Part shown: positions 1 through 8,793 of the stretch, piece after piece
Layout: the number at the start of each line of letters is the position of its first letter
Position numbering within the stretch: the stretch's first letter is position 1
Sequence record: NC_073320.1
Origin: Escherichia phage 26
Length of the DNA: 42,462 nucleotides
Strand: one strand, 5' to 3'
Notes under the pieces: generated by a model
Databases searched by the model: none
The model's input: the letters and a program-made list of their open reading frames with translations, nothing else
Told to the model about the DNA's origin: nothing
Position numbers and translations under genes: made by a program

Positions 1-2011
1 CATATGCGAGTAAATCACGGCACAGCGCCTGAACAATGTTTTCGCAGGCTTTGCCGCCGTGGGTGTACAGGGTAGTCCATTGGCGGGTTAACTGGTTTTC
101 ACCCTGATACTTGATTCGCACATTCGTGTTTACTCGTCCGTCTTCGTCTGTTTCCTTTGTCACACTAACGCCGATTCCCGGATACGAGAGGATACGGCCT
201 GACGGCAACTCCACACACAACCACCAACCTGGAACCTTCCTGCCGGATAAATCGGTTTCTACTGTTCTCCAGATTCGGATAGCGCGCTCGCCATTCTTGC
301 GCAGATGCGCCCCCGCCCAAAATTCACGACCCGGATTTCTTACAGCGGCTAAAATACCGTCTTTGAGGTCTCGCCAGAACGCTACTGTTTCCGGGTGTGA
401 CTCACGCCACATACGCTTGATTGCGTCACATGTGCGCCACACTTTCTTGTCCAGAATATACGACGGTCGGTCATCCTTTTCACCTGGATGTGGCGGTCGC
501 TTGGCTTCCTGGATACGCGCCCATTCATACCCTCTCGCAGTGGCCGACCAGATGTGGTCCGGGAATGTACCGTCCATTGTTTTAGCCATCTCAATAAGGT
601 CAAGACCTAGGTTTTTAGCAAACGTAACGAACGCTCCGACACCCCCCTCATAGCCGAGGCCAAGCTCGCATGCTTTGCCTATCTGTCTGATTTCCTTGAA
701 GTTTTTCTTAATATCGTCGGGGTCCATGCCGAACATCTTGCCCGCGGTTACGCAGTAAATATCCAGTCCGGCGCGGAACGTATCGAGCGCGGTTTCTTCG
801 CCCGCCAGCCACGCAAGCCCTCGTCCTTCAACGTTAGAGTAATCAGCAACAACAAACTTATGCCCAGCTTCCGGTATGATGCAACTACGAACCGTCGATG
901 CCGTTAGTTTGGCTACATCGAAACGGCGATGCGCGCGGCCCTTAAGTAACGCAGAAATCCCTTTATCCAGTTCATCATCGTGATAGTACCCGCGCGCCAG
1001 GTTCTGTGGTTGGAAGCCTTTACCCGCCCACCGCAAAGTGCGTTTTGCCCCACCGTACTGTAAACACCCCCGGCGGCGGTCGTCAGAAGAGCGGCCTAAC
1101 AGCAGCGGGTTATATTTCGTTGACGCTGTTGATGCGGCCCCGAGCCGCATTTCGATAATCGTGCGAGCGTCGTCCGGTAAATCATCATCAGCCAACAGGT
1201 CGTTAAGCGTCGATTTCTGTGCGTTGTGGATGCGGTGTGCGGGTGCGAGTTCACGCAGAATCGGAAGGAAGTCTTTACCAGTAAGCGAGCCGCCGTATTT
1301 GCGCTGTGCTTCTTCATGTAACTGTGCCTTGTGTTTCTCCACGGCTTCAATCGCGGATTCCGCCAGTGCAACGTCAACCTTAAACCCACGGTCGTTGATT
1401 AACTGGTCCAGTTCCAGTACACGGTCCTCGAACTCGGAGTTACCCCACCGCGGCAGCTTATGGAAGACTTCACGCATCGCTGTGATGTCGCTAACGGCGT
1501 ACTTGATGAACATCTCCCACTCGTCCGGGTGCGTTTCGGCGGTGTAGCGGCGTATTTTGTAGTTCTTAGGTGTCGGTTTAGAGAAACGCTGAATCAGCGC
1601 CTTACCGCGTTTGTCCTTTGCGTTGTCCGCGGACACGCCCAGCACTTCGCACAACGCATCAAGTGAACCCGGCAGCGCGTGACGAAACGCCCAAATCATC
1701 GTATCAATGGTGTTGCTTACCGGAATATCAAAGCCCCAGCAGTGCTTCATGATGAGCCTATCGAAAAGTCCACCGTTGTGCCACACCATCTTGATGCGGC
1801 TGTTCGGCTTCACCAGGCGGCGTAACGCGCGGTGTAAATCTCCCGGCATGTCGCTGCCGTCGGTGCAATCCCACACCTGCACAGGCTCGTCATCAAAAGC
1901 ATAGGTACAGATTAGCACTTCGGTGGTTGGGTGTTCAGCGTAAGCGTAGGAGCCGACTTTCTTTAAATCGGCTTCGGAGAATGTTTCAAAGTCTAAGAAC
2001 AGGTAACTCAT
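1..2011 (-). CDS. DNA polymerase, family A with 3'-5' exonuclease domain (first 670 codons; gene wraps the window junction and ends at 42272)
   Basis: ATG at 2011-2009; N-terminus MSYLFLDFETFSEADL has a DnaQ-like Exo I (D-x-E) motif; frame stays open to position 2 and joins in-frame with 42462 (..LLAYA/MINVEGGG..). Confidence 0.85.
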   Translation of the reverse strand, partial: MSYLFLDFETFSEADLKKVGSYAYAEHPTTEVLICTYAFDDEPVQVWDCTDGSDMPGDLHRALRRLVKPNSRIKMVWHNGGLFDRLIMKHCWGFDIPVSNTIDTMIWAFRHALPGSLDALCEVLGVSADNAKDKRGKALIQRFSKPTPKNYKIRRYTAETHPDEWEMFIKYAVSDITAMREVFHKLPRWGNSEFEDRVLELDQLINDRGFKVDVALAESAIEAVEKHKAQLHEEAQRKYGGSLTGKDFLPILRELAPAHRIHNAQKSTLNDLLADDDLPDDARTIIEMRLGAASTASTKYNPLLLGRSSDDRRRGCLQYGGAKRTLRWAGKGFQPQNLARGYYHDDELDKGISALLKGRAHRRFDVAKLTASTVRSCIIPEAGHKFVVADYSNVEGRGLAWLAGEETALDTFRAGLDIYCVTAGKMFGMDPDDIKKNFKEIRQIGKACELGLGYEGGVGAFVTFAKNLGLDLIEMAKTMDGTFPDHIWSATARGYEWARIQEAKRPPHPGEKDDRPSYILDKKVWRTCDAIKRMWRESHPETVAFWRDLKDGILAAVRNPGREFWAGAHLRKNGERAIRIWRTVETDLSGRKVPGWWLCVELPSGRILSYPGIGVSVTKETDEDGRVNTNVRIKYQGENQLTRQWTTLYTHGGKACENIVQALCRDLLAY

Positions 2012-2027
2012 TATTTTCGACCCTTAG

Positions 2028-2052
2028 TAAAAAGGCCCAATGAAGGGCCTTA
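2028..2052 (-). terminator. hairpin AAGGCCC-N6-GGGCCTT with U-tract in minus orientation, between SSB-like and polymerase genes (attenuator)
   Basis: 7-bp GC stem, T5 run on minus strand. Confidence 0.4.
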
Positions 2053-2070
2053 GTTAAATTGATTCAGATA

Positions 2071-2697
2071 TTAACGGCGACGACGTTCGCGGCGAGGTGC
2101 TTCGTCTTCTTCGTCGTCTTCCAGGTCATTAACGCTTGCAGCGACTTTAGAACCACCGAATGCTTTACCTTCGCTGACGTATTTAATCGCCAGCAGGTTA
2201 ACACCGAGAACTTTGTATTTCTGGCTGAACCAGATTTCGACGCTTACGTTAGCAACGCAGCCGCTGTAAACCTGTTCACCTTCAATCTGTTCACCGTCTA
2301 CATTGAAGTCCTGTTCTACCTGAGTCTCGCCTTTTTTAGAGGTTACAATCAGCGGTTGTTTCTGTGCCTTCGCTTTGAAGTAGAAACCTTCCGGGAAGTC
2401 TTCAAACGGATTGTCGCGCTCGGCAATGTCTTTAATCGCGCATTTATCCATGTGCTTACCTTCGCCGTAGTTTGACTTCATCCACTTCTCGGCAGCGGCG
2501 GCCCCTAGTGCTTCTTCTACAACCGCGTAAACGGTGTCGTACATTTCGTCGATTTGCGCATGGTCTGACGGCAGGATGATAGTCGCGCTGTACTGACCTT
2601 TAGTGATAGAGCCATCGTCGTTTTCACGGTCTTTTTCGCGTTCGAATACGTTAACCCATGCAGTGTTTACTTTACGCAGATTCAGTTTAATACCCAT
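2071..2697 (-). CDS. ssDNA-binding-like protein (DUF2815-type by context)
   Basis: 208-aa ORF between Cas4-like nuclease and PolA; acidic stretch NDLEDDEEDE near C-terminus; called from position and composition, no diagnostic motif. Confidence 0.45.
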   Translation of the reverse strand: MGIKLNLRKVNTAWVNVFEREKDRENDDGSITKGQYSATIILPSDHAQIDEMYDTVYAVVEEALGAAAAEKWMKSNYGEGKHMDKCAIKDIAERDNPFEDFPEGFYFKAKAQKQPLIVTSKKGETQVEQDFNVDGEQIEGEQVYSGCVANVSVEIWFSQKYKVLGVNLLAIKYVSEGKAFGGSKVAASVNDLEDDEEDEAPRRERRRR

Positions 2698-2765
2698 CGT
2701 GATTTCTCGCTTTTCAGTTTATATTTCAAAGTTTACTCCGGGAAGCTGCCCGGCCAGTGATTAGA

Positions 2766-2794
2766 ACTATAATAGCTAACTATTCAGGTGTCAA
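2766..2794 (-). promoter_or_regulatory. sigma70-type promoter P3 (TTGACA-17-TATAGT) with AATAG-N4-CTATT dyad in the spacer
   Basis: minus-strand reading TTGACAcctgAATAGttagCTATTATAGT just upstream of SSB-like and polymerase genes. Confidence 0.5.
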
Positions 2795-2798
2795 CACT

Positions 2799-4040
2799 TT
2801 ATTCTAAATCTTCTTCACTAACCTGATTCCACTCAGGACGTTTGTCGTCTGCCGTTGCGACACATGGCGCACCGGTCTTGCGGGTAATGAAGTCTTTCAG
2901 TTCTTCTTCCGGTATAACTTTAACGGCCTCGGTCGGCGTCATAAGCACTTCTTTAGTCAGCTTGTCGCCGTACTTCTCGAATACCGCATCGGAATCTTTC
3001 CACGCACGGTTGCCCATCTTACCCTCAACCAGCTTGTACCCCGGCACTTTCTTACCGGAATGCAACGCGGCGGCCATAGCTTTTTCAACCTTATCAATGT
3101 GCTGACGCAACAACGGCAGCTTCTCATACTCAGCGACGAGTTGCTCCGGCGTAAGTTCCGGCGCAAAGTCGTCTTCCAGTTCTTCCGCCAGTACCGCGTT
3201 AACCGTCTTTGTACGCGCGGCGCATTGTTCTGAGAACCGACACCACTGACAACCATCGACCGACGGCCTGAAGTCCGACGCTTTCAGGTTCTTCTTGCCA
3301 CGGAAATACGCATCAAGAGCCAACATCGCACGTTTCTGCGCGAACTTAGCGAACAGTTCCAGACCTTCAACCGAGATGTCCCACTCCGATGCACCGCCAG
3401 CGTATGGCTGAAAGATGACCAGGCGAACAACTGTGATGTTATAACGTCTCTTGAGTCGGCGATAAACACCGAGAGCGTAAAGCATAAGCTGCTTGTTTTC
3501 TTTCGCTTCGACACGATGTCGTCCTGTTTTCAGGTCGCCGATGATTAGCATGTGCTCGTCGGTGTTGGCTAGTTCCTGAACGGCAACAAAGTCAGCGGTT
3601 CCGAACGTCTCTACACCTTCATATCCTGGATGCAATACCTCAGTAAGATTGACACGCATCTCGAGCTTGGCGAAAGTCGCTACATCTATAATCGCTTTGC
3701 AGTAGTCGGTGTACTTTCGCACCTGCTCAATCATGTCAGCCGTAATCAGTACCGCGCCTTTCATCGGACTGATTAGTGCCTTAATCGGGCCTTTACCCCC
3801 ATCCAGCACGTAAGCGCCGACTTCACGCACTAACGGTAACGCAGTGCCCTTGATGTACTGGTTAAGATGGACCTCAGCTATAGTGTGGCCCGCGATTCCT
3901 GTAATGGCGGATTTACCGGATGTGTTAGGAATATCTTTTTCACAGGCCAGTGATGCCGCACAGTAGAGCCACTTCTTGGCGCCTGATGGCGACAGTAGGG
4001 CGTGCACATCGTTATTGCCGCCACGTTCTTTTAAAATCAT
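2799..4040 (-). CDS. PD-(D/E)XK RecB-family nuclease with Cas4-like Cys cluster (DUF2800-type)
   Basis: motifs IIGDLKTG, EAKEN, QLMLYALG; C-terminal CQWCRFSEQC; start placed at ATG 4040 after RBS GGAGAGGG (track ORF begins at upstream TTG 4061). Confidence 0.7.
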   Translation of the reverse strand: MILKERGGNNDVHALLSPSGAKKWLYCAASLACEKDIPNTSGKSAITGIAGHTIAEVHLNQYIKGTALPLVREVGAYVLDGGKGPIKALISPMKGAVLITADMIEQVRKYTDYCKAIIDVATFAKLEMRVNLTEVLHPGYEGVETFGTADFVAVQELANTDEHMLIIGDLKTGRHRVEAKENKQLMLYALGVYRRLKRRYNITVVRLVIFQPYAGGASEWDISVEGLELFAKFAQKRAMLALDAYFRGKKNLKASDFRPSVDGCQWCRFSEQCAARTKTVNAVLAEELEDDFAPELTPEQLVAEYEKLPLLRQHIDKVEKAMAAALHSGKKVPGYKLVEGKMGNRAWKDSDAVFEKYGDKLTKEVLMTPTEAVKVIPEEELKDFITRKTGAPCVATADDKRPEWNQVSEEDLE

Positions 4041-4183
4041 TCTTCTACCCTCTCCACCCAAGCATCGTCAAAAGTATCAAAATCAAGATTATCGTATGCC
4101 GCGTACGCGTCATTTACATCTGAGTATCGGCTGTGCTCTGTAGCCACGCCATTAGTGTAAGTAAATATTGCCCAGTAAATCAT
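4037..4183 (-). CDS. hypothetical protein, 48 aa
   Basis: below track cutoff; RBS GAGGG 9 nt before ATG 4183; stop overlaps nuclease start (ATGA). Confidence 0.4.
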   Translation of the reverse strand: MIYWAIFTYTNGVATEHSRYSDVNDAYAAYDNLDFDTFDDAWVERVEE

Positions 4184-4194
4184 AATTCCGACCC

Positions 4195-4431
4195 TCAATC
4201 CAAACTATCAACGTCAAGTTCGTCCAGCATAGACTCCGCCTCATCTGCTGCGGAAATAAGCGCTTTAGCAAGTTCTCTCGCCATATAAGGCGTATACTCC
4301 ATGAATGAAAGCCCTGTCATATTATCCGCACGGTCGAAATCTAGAGTTACTCTTTTCTGCTTACCCTGTATCGTGTTGCGAACCTCAAGGCTAACTCTGG
4401 TTTCATCGTTGTTAATATCTTTAATAATCAT
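4195..4431 (-). CDS. hypothetical acidic protein, 78 aa
   Basis: start moved to internal ATG 4431, giving ATGA overlap with upstream stop. Confidence 0.5.
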   Translation of the reverse strand: MIIKDINNDETRVSLEVRNTIQGKQKRVTLDFDRADNMTGLSFMEYTPYMARELAKALISAADEAESMLDELDVDSLD

Positions 4432-4700
4432 ACCCTGTTCTCCCACTGGTCAATTAAATGTCGCGTCTTATGGTCACAGTGCATAGCCCATCCATACATT
4501 GACTCGAAGACATAAAAGTCAGGTTTGGCGAAAGTCGTGCGCTTAATCTGCGACACATGACGGCCTATATCTTTAGGCTGTGGTACTTTTCCTAAGTACG
4601 CCATCTCTTCCATCTGGTGCGCACCGGACGTCGCACGCAACAACCACAACGCCTCTGTGTTATCCCGCCGGTCTACGGCTCGGTAGAGTTGGTAAATCAT
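4428..4700 (-). CDS. hypothetical protein, 90 aa
   Basis: start moved to ATG 4700, giving ATGA overlap with upstream stop. Confidence 0.5.
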   Translation of the reverse strand: MIYQLYRAVDRRDNTEALWLLRATSGAHQMEEMAYLGKVPQPKDIGRHVSQIKRTTFAKPDFYVFESMYGWAMHCDHKTRHLIDQWENRV

Positions 4701-5032
4701 TGCGCCTTCTCCTGCATTTTCAGAAAGACAATCATAGCGGCGCGTAGAGGGTTTGTACCGATAACACATGAGTCGTCTACGTAAATCATACTGGTTGCGT
4801 CTCCGGTAATACCGTCAATAACCGCATTATCCGGTAAAGCAATCCATTCTAAATCTGTAGCTACAATCGAGATATTGTTACCGGTGATAACAGGCCACGC
4901 GTCCTGTATCCGATTACAATAATCTACTACTCCAGAAGCTAATGCCATCTGATGTCCTTGTGAGACATCTCCGTATAACGCGCGGCTGACACGTGCATTA
5001 ATTTCTATGTCTGTTAAATTTTCGTATTTCAT
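4697..5032 (-). CDS. hypothetical protein, 111 aa
   Basis: ORF in leftward early operon. Confidence 0.5.
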   Translation of the reverse strand: MKYENLTDIEINARVSRALYGDVSQGHQMALASGVVDYCNRIQDAWPVITGNNISIVATDLEWIALPDNAVIDGITGDATSMIYVDDSCVIGTNPLRAAMIVFLKMQEKAQ

Positions 5033-5075
5033 AATTCCTACCCTCAGTTAAAGCGGCCCGAAGGCCGCCGGATAG

Positions 5076-5546
5076 TTATTCTTCTTCGAAATACTTGTTC
5101 TTGATTGCTGTCAGGCGTTCCAGATATTCAGCCAGGTCTTCGTCTTTAATCGCGGCAATCTTCATCTTCTTACCGGTGAACTCTTCCAGCAGTTCATCGG
5201 AATCATCGCACGCGGCATCGCTCGGACCTTCGTTAATCGCATCGTCGATAGCCTGAATCTGGGCACGCAGAGACTGGTAATCGACTTCTTCTTTCTCTTC
5301 TTCCGGCTCTGGCGTTGGTCCCTCTACTTTAGCTTTACGCGGTTTGCGTTTCGGCTTCTCTTCTTCCGCCGGTTTAGTGTCAACGATGTCTTCACCTTCG
5401 ACCGGGATTTCTTTTGTTGCTTCTTTTGCAACAGTAGGCTCGATTGTTGCGGTTTCAGCAACGGCAACTTGTTTCGCACTGTTCGCAGCAATCAGTTCAT
5501 GCGCGACTACGAAACGTTCCAGTAATTTTAAGAATTGGTCTAACAT
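5076..5546 (-). CDS. hypothetical acidic early protein, 156 aa
   Basis: RBS GAGGAGAG; Lys/Glu/Pro-rich low-complexity middle, acidic tail ..KYFEEE; first gene after promoter P2. Confidence 0.55.
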   Translation of the reverse strand: MLDQFLKLLERFVVAHELIAANSAKQVAVAETATIEPTVAKEATKEIPVEGEDIVDTKPAEEEKPKRKPRKAKVEGPTPEPEEEKEEVDYQSLRAQIQAIDDAINEGPSDAACDDSDELLEEFTGKKMKIAAIKDEDLAEYLERLTAIKNKYFEEE

Positions 5547-5577
5547 TTGTTTCTCTCCTCTCGTTTGGTACGGGCTA

Positions 5578-5607
5578 ACTATAATAGCGAACTATTCATT
5601 ATGTCAA
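5578..5607 (-). promoter_or_regulatory. sigma70-type promoter P2 (TTGACA-18-TATAGT) with AATAG-N4-CTATT dyad; divergent from XRE gene
   Basis: minus-strand reading TTGACAtaatgAATAGttcgCTATTATAGTTAGCC; same block as P1 and P3. Confidence 0.5.
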
Positions 5608-5671
5608 TTGGCTTTCCTAAAATAATTAATATGGTACTATTCACATATAAACTGACTAAGGAGTAATTACT

Positions 5672-5887
5672 ATGCAACCATCTGAACTAGGCATCCGTGT
5701 AGAACAACGCCGTAAAGAACTCGGCATCTCCCAGCGCCGTCTGGCCGTCCTGACTGGCGTTTCCCAGGGCGCGATTAACCAGCTGGCACTCGGGGTAACT
5801 CAGGACGTACGCCCGGCAACGTTGTTTAAACTGGCGGAAGTGCTGCAAGTAGATGCTAAGTGGCTGGCGCTAGGTGAAGGGGCTTAA
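5672..5887 (+). CDS. XRE-family (Cro/CI-like) helix-turn-helix transcriptional regulator
   Basis: 71 aa; HTH LGISQRRLAVLTGVSQGAINQLALG; RBS TAAGGAG; only plus-strand gene in the early arm. Confidence 0.8.
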   Translation: MQPSELGIRVEQRRKELGISQRRLAVLTGVSQGAINQLALGVTQDVRPATLFKLAEVLQVDAKWLALGEGA

Positions 5888-5902
5888 GCCCCTTTCTTTT
5901 TA
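5876..5902 (+). terminator. rho-independent terminator of XRE gene
   Basis: AAGGGGGC-TTAA-GCCCCTT hairpin containing the stop codon, then TTCTTTTT. Confidence 0.45.
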
Positions 5903-6097
5903 TTGCACCTTTATCGGGTATCTTTTGCGAAACTTACCTAACCCGCAGTACACGCTGTAAGCCTCTGTGTAACTGTACACAACATGATACCCACGCCCAT
6001 AAGGAACTACGTTAAGAACTTCTACTATTTCGCCTCTGTGGTTGGTGTATTTATTACCTTTCAGTTCGTCGCTTACTTCTTTAAATTTACCGCTCAT
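5900..6097 (-). CDS. hypothetical protein, 65 aa
   Basis: ATGA overlap with primase-helicase stop. Confidence 0.5.
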   Translation of the reverse strand: MSGKFKEVSDELKGNKYTNHRGEIVEVLNVVPYGRGYHVVYSYTEAYSVYCGLGKFRKRYPIKVQ

Positions 6098-8334
6098 TCC
6101 AAATCCTCCTCTGTCACGGTCAGCATCTCATTCGGTTCGTATATTGTCTTTGGCCTTAATCTGTCACCCATCTTTTCCGGTATCCGGTATGTGCCGGGTA
6201 TAACTTCACCGTTAACATCGCACCCTAACATCAACTCACCGTCTTTCAGCATCTTCTCGAGATGATGGTTGGTGATGGCGTGGTCGCCAGAATTCGCCAC
6301 TATCTGCCGTTGTGTGAAGCCTCGTCCGGTGTCGTCTGACTGTTGCAGGTCTTCCAGCGCTGCAAGTATTGATTCCTTACGCCCTTCATCCTCTCCACGT
6401 TTTACAGCGTTCTTTACGTTTTCTTTACCTTCCTTTGTCAGCCCTTCTTCTCGTTCTTTCTCCTCGTCAGTCTTGAACGGCTCGAAGCCCCACGGCATCA
6501 GTACAAGCGCCTTGTGCGGCTCAGGCAGGTCCAGGTTTACGATTATGCCGTACTCCTCTGTGCTACCCAGGAACTCAACCGCGCGGTATTCTTTCGGCGG
6601 CTGGGCTTCACGGAACTGTACCGACTCAAGCACCATGCCAACCGTTTTCTGTTGGGGCCCGTGCTTAAATTTCGAGTGGTATACGTTTATCTGACGGTCG
6701 GTTGCACGCTCGATTGTCAGTTCCACGTCGACACCTGCATACAGTGCCCCGCTGCCGCGGGCTTTCTTTCCACCCTTCGGTGTATGGTGGACAACGCCTA
6801 CCGCGGCTTTAGTTGCGTCGCGTACTTCTTTCAGAATGGCGATAACTTTACCCATACCGATTGCCGTCGATGAGCTGTTCTCGTCGAACTTATCAATTGT
6901 CAGTGCCAGTGTCTGGTTGAGGGTGTCAAACGCAATCATGCCGATTGGCTCGTCGCCAGCGGTTTCACGCATTATCTTAATCAGGCTTTTCAGTTTTCCG
7001 ACTTCACCCATGTCGATGACGTGTACATAATCTTTACCCTCAACGCCGTATTTAGCCGCGAGTGCATCAATACGTGTACGTGTGGCTGCGCCACCTTCAC
7101 CGTCGATATAGAAGTGGTGGCAACGCTGGGTGTCCGCCCCTGCGAAGCGATAGCCGGCGGCGCTAAGGTACATCATCCCCAGCGTATAAAACGATTTGTA
7201 CGTGCCGGATTCCCCGACGATATCCCAGATACAATCCGACGGCATGTACCCCTCAACGACGAAATCGGCCTTTACCGGTTCCGGTAGCTCGTCCTCCCCT
7301 GAGTCATCCTCGTCTTCCAGGTCGTCGAGGCTGCATGAAACTGACTCACGCGTACCCCAACCGATGGCCTCCGCCACTTCACTGAACGGCAGCCCGGTAG
7401 CATCGCACGCGTATTTCCACACTTCTTTCGGTGACATGCCTTCGGTAGCCGTGATGTCGGTGTCGTGAATCATGGTTACGTTCGGCGCTTCGTACCCTTC
7501 GCGTGGGAAGCACAGCAGGAAGTCGTCTGGGCGCGGCGTCGGGTCGCTGTATTTTCCTGCATGTTCTGGCGTAGCGGGCATTTTCAGTCCGCGTGGTGTC
7601 ATGACGCCGCCGTACTCAAACGCCAGTGCTTCAAACGCGTCAGTAAACGCGGTGCGCAGTTCTTCCGGTATCTGGTAATCCGATGCGCTGCTAACATCAA
7701 CGGCCGGGATGCCTTCCAGTAACTCTTCTTGGTCAATCAGGTCGTTGCGGCGCGACCAGATAACCTGAGAGCCAACTGGTGGCAGGTACATCGGTTGTGA
7801 AAGAGTGAAACCGCTGCGGTCCGCACCCATGCCTTTGAAGAAGTGCTCCAGCAATCCATGACGAACACGGATGATGTCGCCACCTTCGACCGGACGACCC
7901 AATGGCATGACGACACGAAAGCGCGGGGACTCGTCGGTATGTGATGCCGTGGTATATAGACACATCGCCAGGCGGCTGCGCTTAACCAGGCGCACAGCTT
8001 CCTGATACTCTTCCGGTGTTGCGCTGTCGAAGTCCAGATACGCCAGCGACGATTTGCTTACAGATGCATCGCAGCGATAGAAGAACCCTTTACGCGCTTG
8101 CTTAAAGTCACCGGTTTCCGGGTCTTTTACGGTGCTGTGCGTAGCGTCGCACGCGGCAGTGATATAGCCCGGTGCTGTCTTAGGGTTAACCCCATCACGA
8201 ACGGCATCGAGCGGCTGGATCAACTCTTTCAGGTCGTCCAGCGTTGCCGTGTGTGTGGTTCTGACGTTTATATCCTTTTTCTCCGCACGCGCGTTGCGAC
8301 GTGACCACGAGTAGGATAGAATTACATCGGACAT
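6094..8334 (-). CDS. replicative primase-helicase (N-terminal primase-like domain plus RecA/DnaB-like ATPase)
   Basis: 746 aa; Walker A GESGTYKS in C-terminal half; C-terminus ..VTEEDLE. Confidence 0.7.
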   Translation of the reverse strand: MSDVILSYSWSRRNARAEKKDINVRTTHTATLDDLKELIQPLDAVRDGVNPKTAPGYITAACDATHSTVKDPETGDFKQARKGFFYRCDASVSKSSLAYLDFDSATPEEYQEAVRLVKRSRLAMCLYTTASHTDESPRFRVVMPLGRPVEGGDIIRVRHGLLEHFFKGMGADRSGFTLSQPMYLPPVGSQVIWSRRNDLIDQEELLEGIPAVDVSSASDYQIPEELRTAFTDAFEALAFEYGGVMTPRGLKMPATPEHAGKYSDPTPRPDDFLLCFPREGYEAPNVTMIHDTDITATEGMSPKEVWKYACDATGLPFSEVAEAIGWGTRESVSCSLDDLEDEDDSGEDELPEPVKADFVVEGYMPSDCIWDIVGESGTYKSFYTLGMMYLSAAGYRFAGADTQRCHHFYIDGEGGAATRTRIDALAAKYGVEGKDYVHVIDMGEVGKLKSLIKIMRETAGDEPIGMIAFDTLNQTLALTIDKFDENSSSTAIGMGKVIAILKEVRDATKAAVGVVHHTPKGGKKARGSGALYAGVDVELTIERATDRQINVYHSKFKHGPQQKTVGMVLESVQFREAQPPKEYRAVEFLGSTEEYGIIVNLDLPEPHKALVLMPWGFEPFKTDEEKEREEGLTKEGKENVKNAVKRGEDEGRKESILAALEDLQQSDDTGRGFTQRQIVANSGDHAITNHHLEKMLKDGELMLGCDVNGEVIPGTYRIPEKMGDRLRPKTIYEPNEMLTVTEEDLE

Positions 8335-8392
8335 GTTATATTTCCTTCAGCAAGTAATTTGGCCTCGGCGTTCACCGCGTCGGGGCTTTCTT

Positions 8393-8626
8393 TTATTCCA
8401 GGTCTTCTAAAGTAGCTGTCATTCCGCGAACTTCAGCAACAGCACTATATTTCCCACAAACATTTTTCACGACACCGGATTTAACCAACACCTTCAGCGA
8501 CCCTTCAATGATGGCGGAACTATAATACTTAAAATAACTACGTCGCAAGTCGATAACGCTGCACGACCCTTTTTTACGTGTTAATGAAACGACTGCCGTA
8601 AATACGCGTGACTGGAACTCGGTCAT
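8393..8626 (-). CDS. hypothetical protein, 77 aa, C-terminal ..TLEDLE tail
   Basis: ORF upstream of primase-helicase; shares C-terminal EDLE motif with primase-helicase and nuclease. Confidence 0.5.
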   Translation of the reverse strand: MTEFQSRVFTAVVSLTRKKGSCSVIDLRRSYFKYYSSAIIEGSLKVLVKSGVVKNVCGKYSAVAEVRGMTATLEDLE

Positions 8627-8793
8627 TTTACATTCTCCTTAATCCACGATTCCACTTTCTCCGGGTCAAACGTACCTGGCTGGCGGCGGCCCATAATGCG
8701 AATACAACAATCGGGGAACTTCCCACTCTTTAACCAGTTATTCAGTGTGCGGCGAGTAACCCCGATACGCTCGGCTACTTCATTCTGCGTCAT
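8623..8793 (-). CDS. small HTH DNA-binding protein, AlpA/excisionase-like, 56 aa
   Basis: below track cutoff; MTQNEVAERIGVTRRTLNNWLKSGKFP; ATGA overlap with downstream gene; first gene of leftward arm. Confidence 0.55.
   Translation of the reverse strand: MTQNEVAERIGVTRRTLNNWLKSGKFPDCCIRIMGRRQPGTFDPEKVESWIKENVK

Noticed and set aside
111-1547. Plus-strand ORFs (111-653, 1038-1547) inside the polymerase region
   Set aside because: Antisense to the continuous family-A polymerase frame, which has clear exonuclease motifs; translations are Arg/Ser-rich low complexity
5672-5887. XRE regulator as evidence of a lysogeny module (temperate lifestyle)
   Set aside because: No integrase, excision or partition genes anywhere in the genome; a lone Cro-like regulator is common in virulent phages
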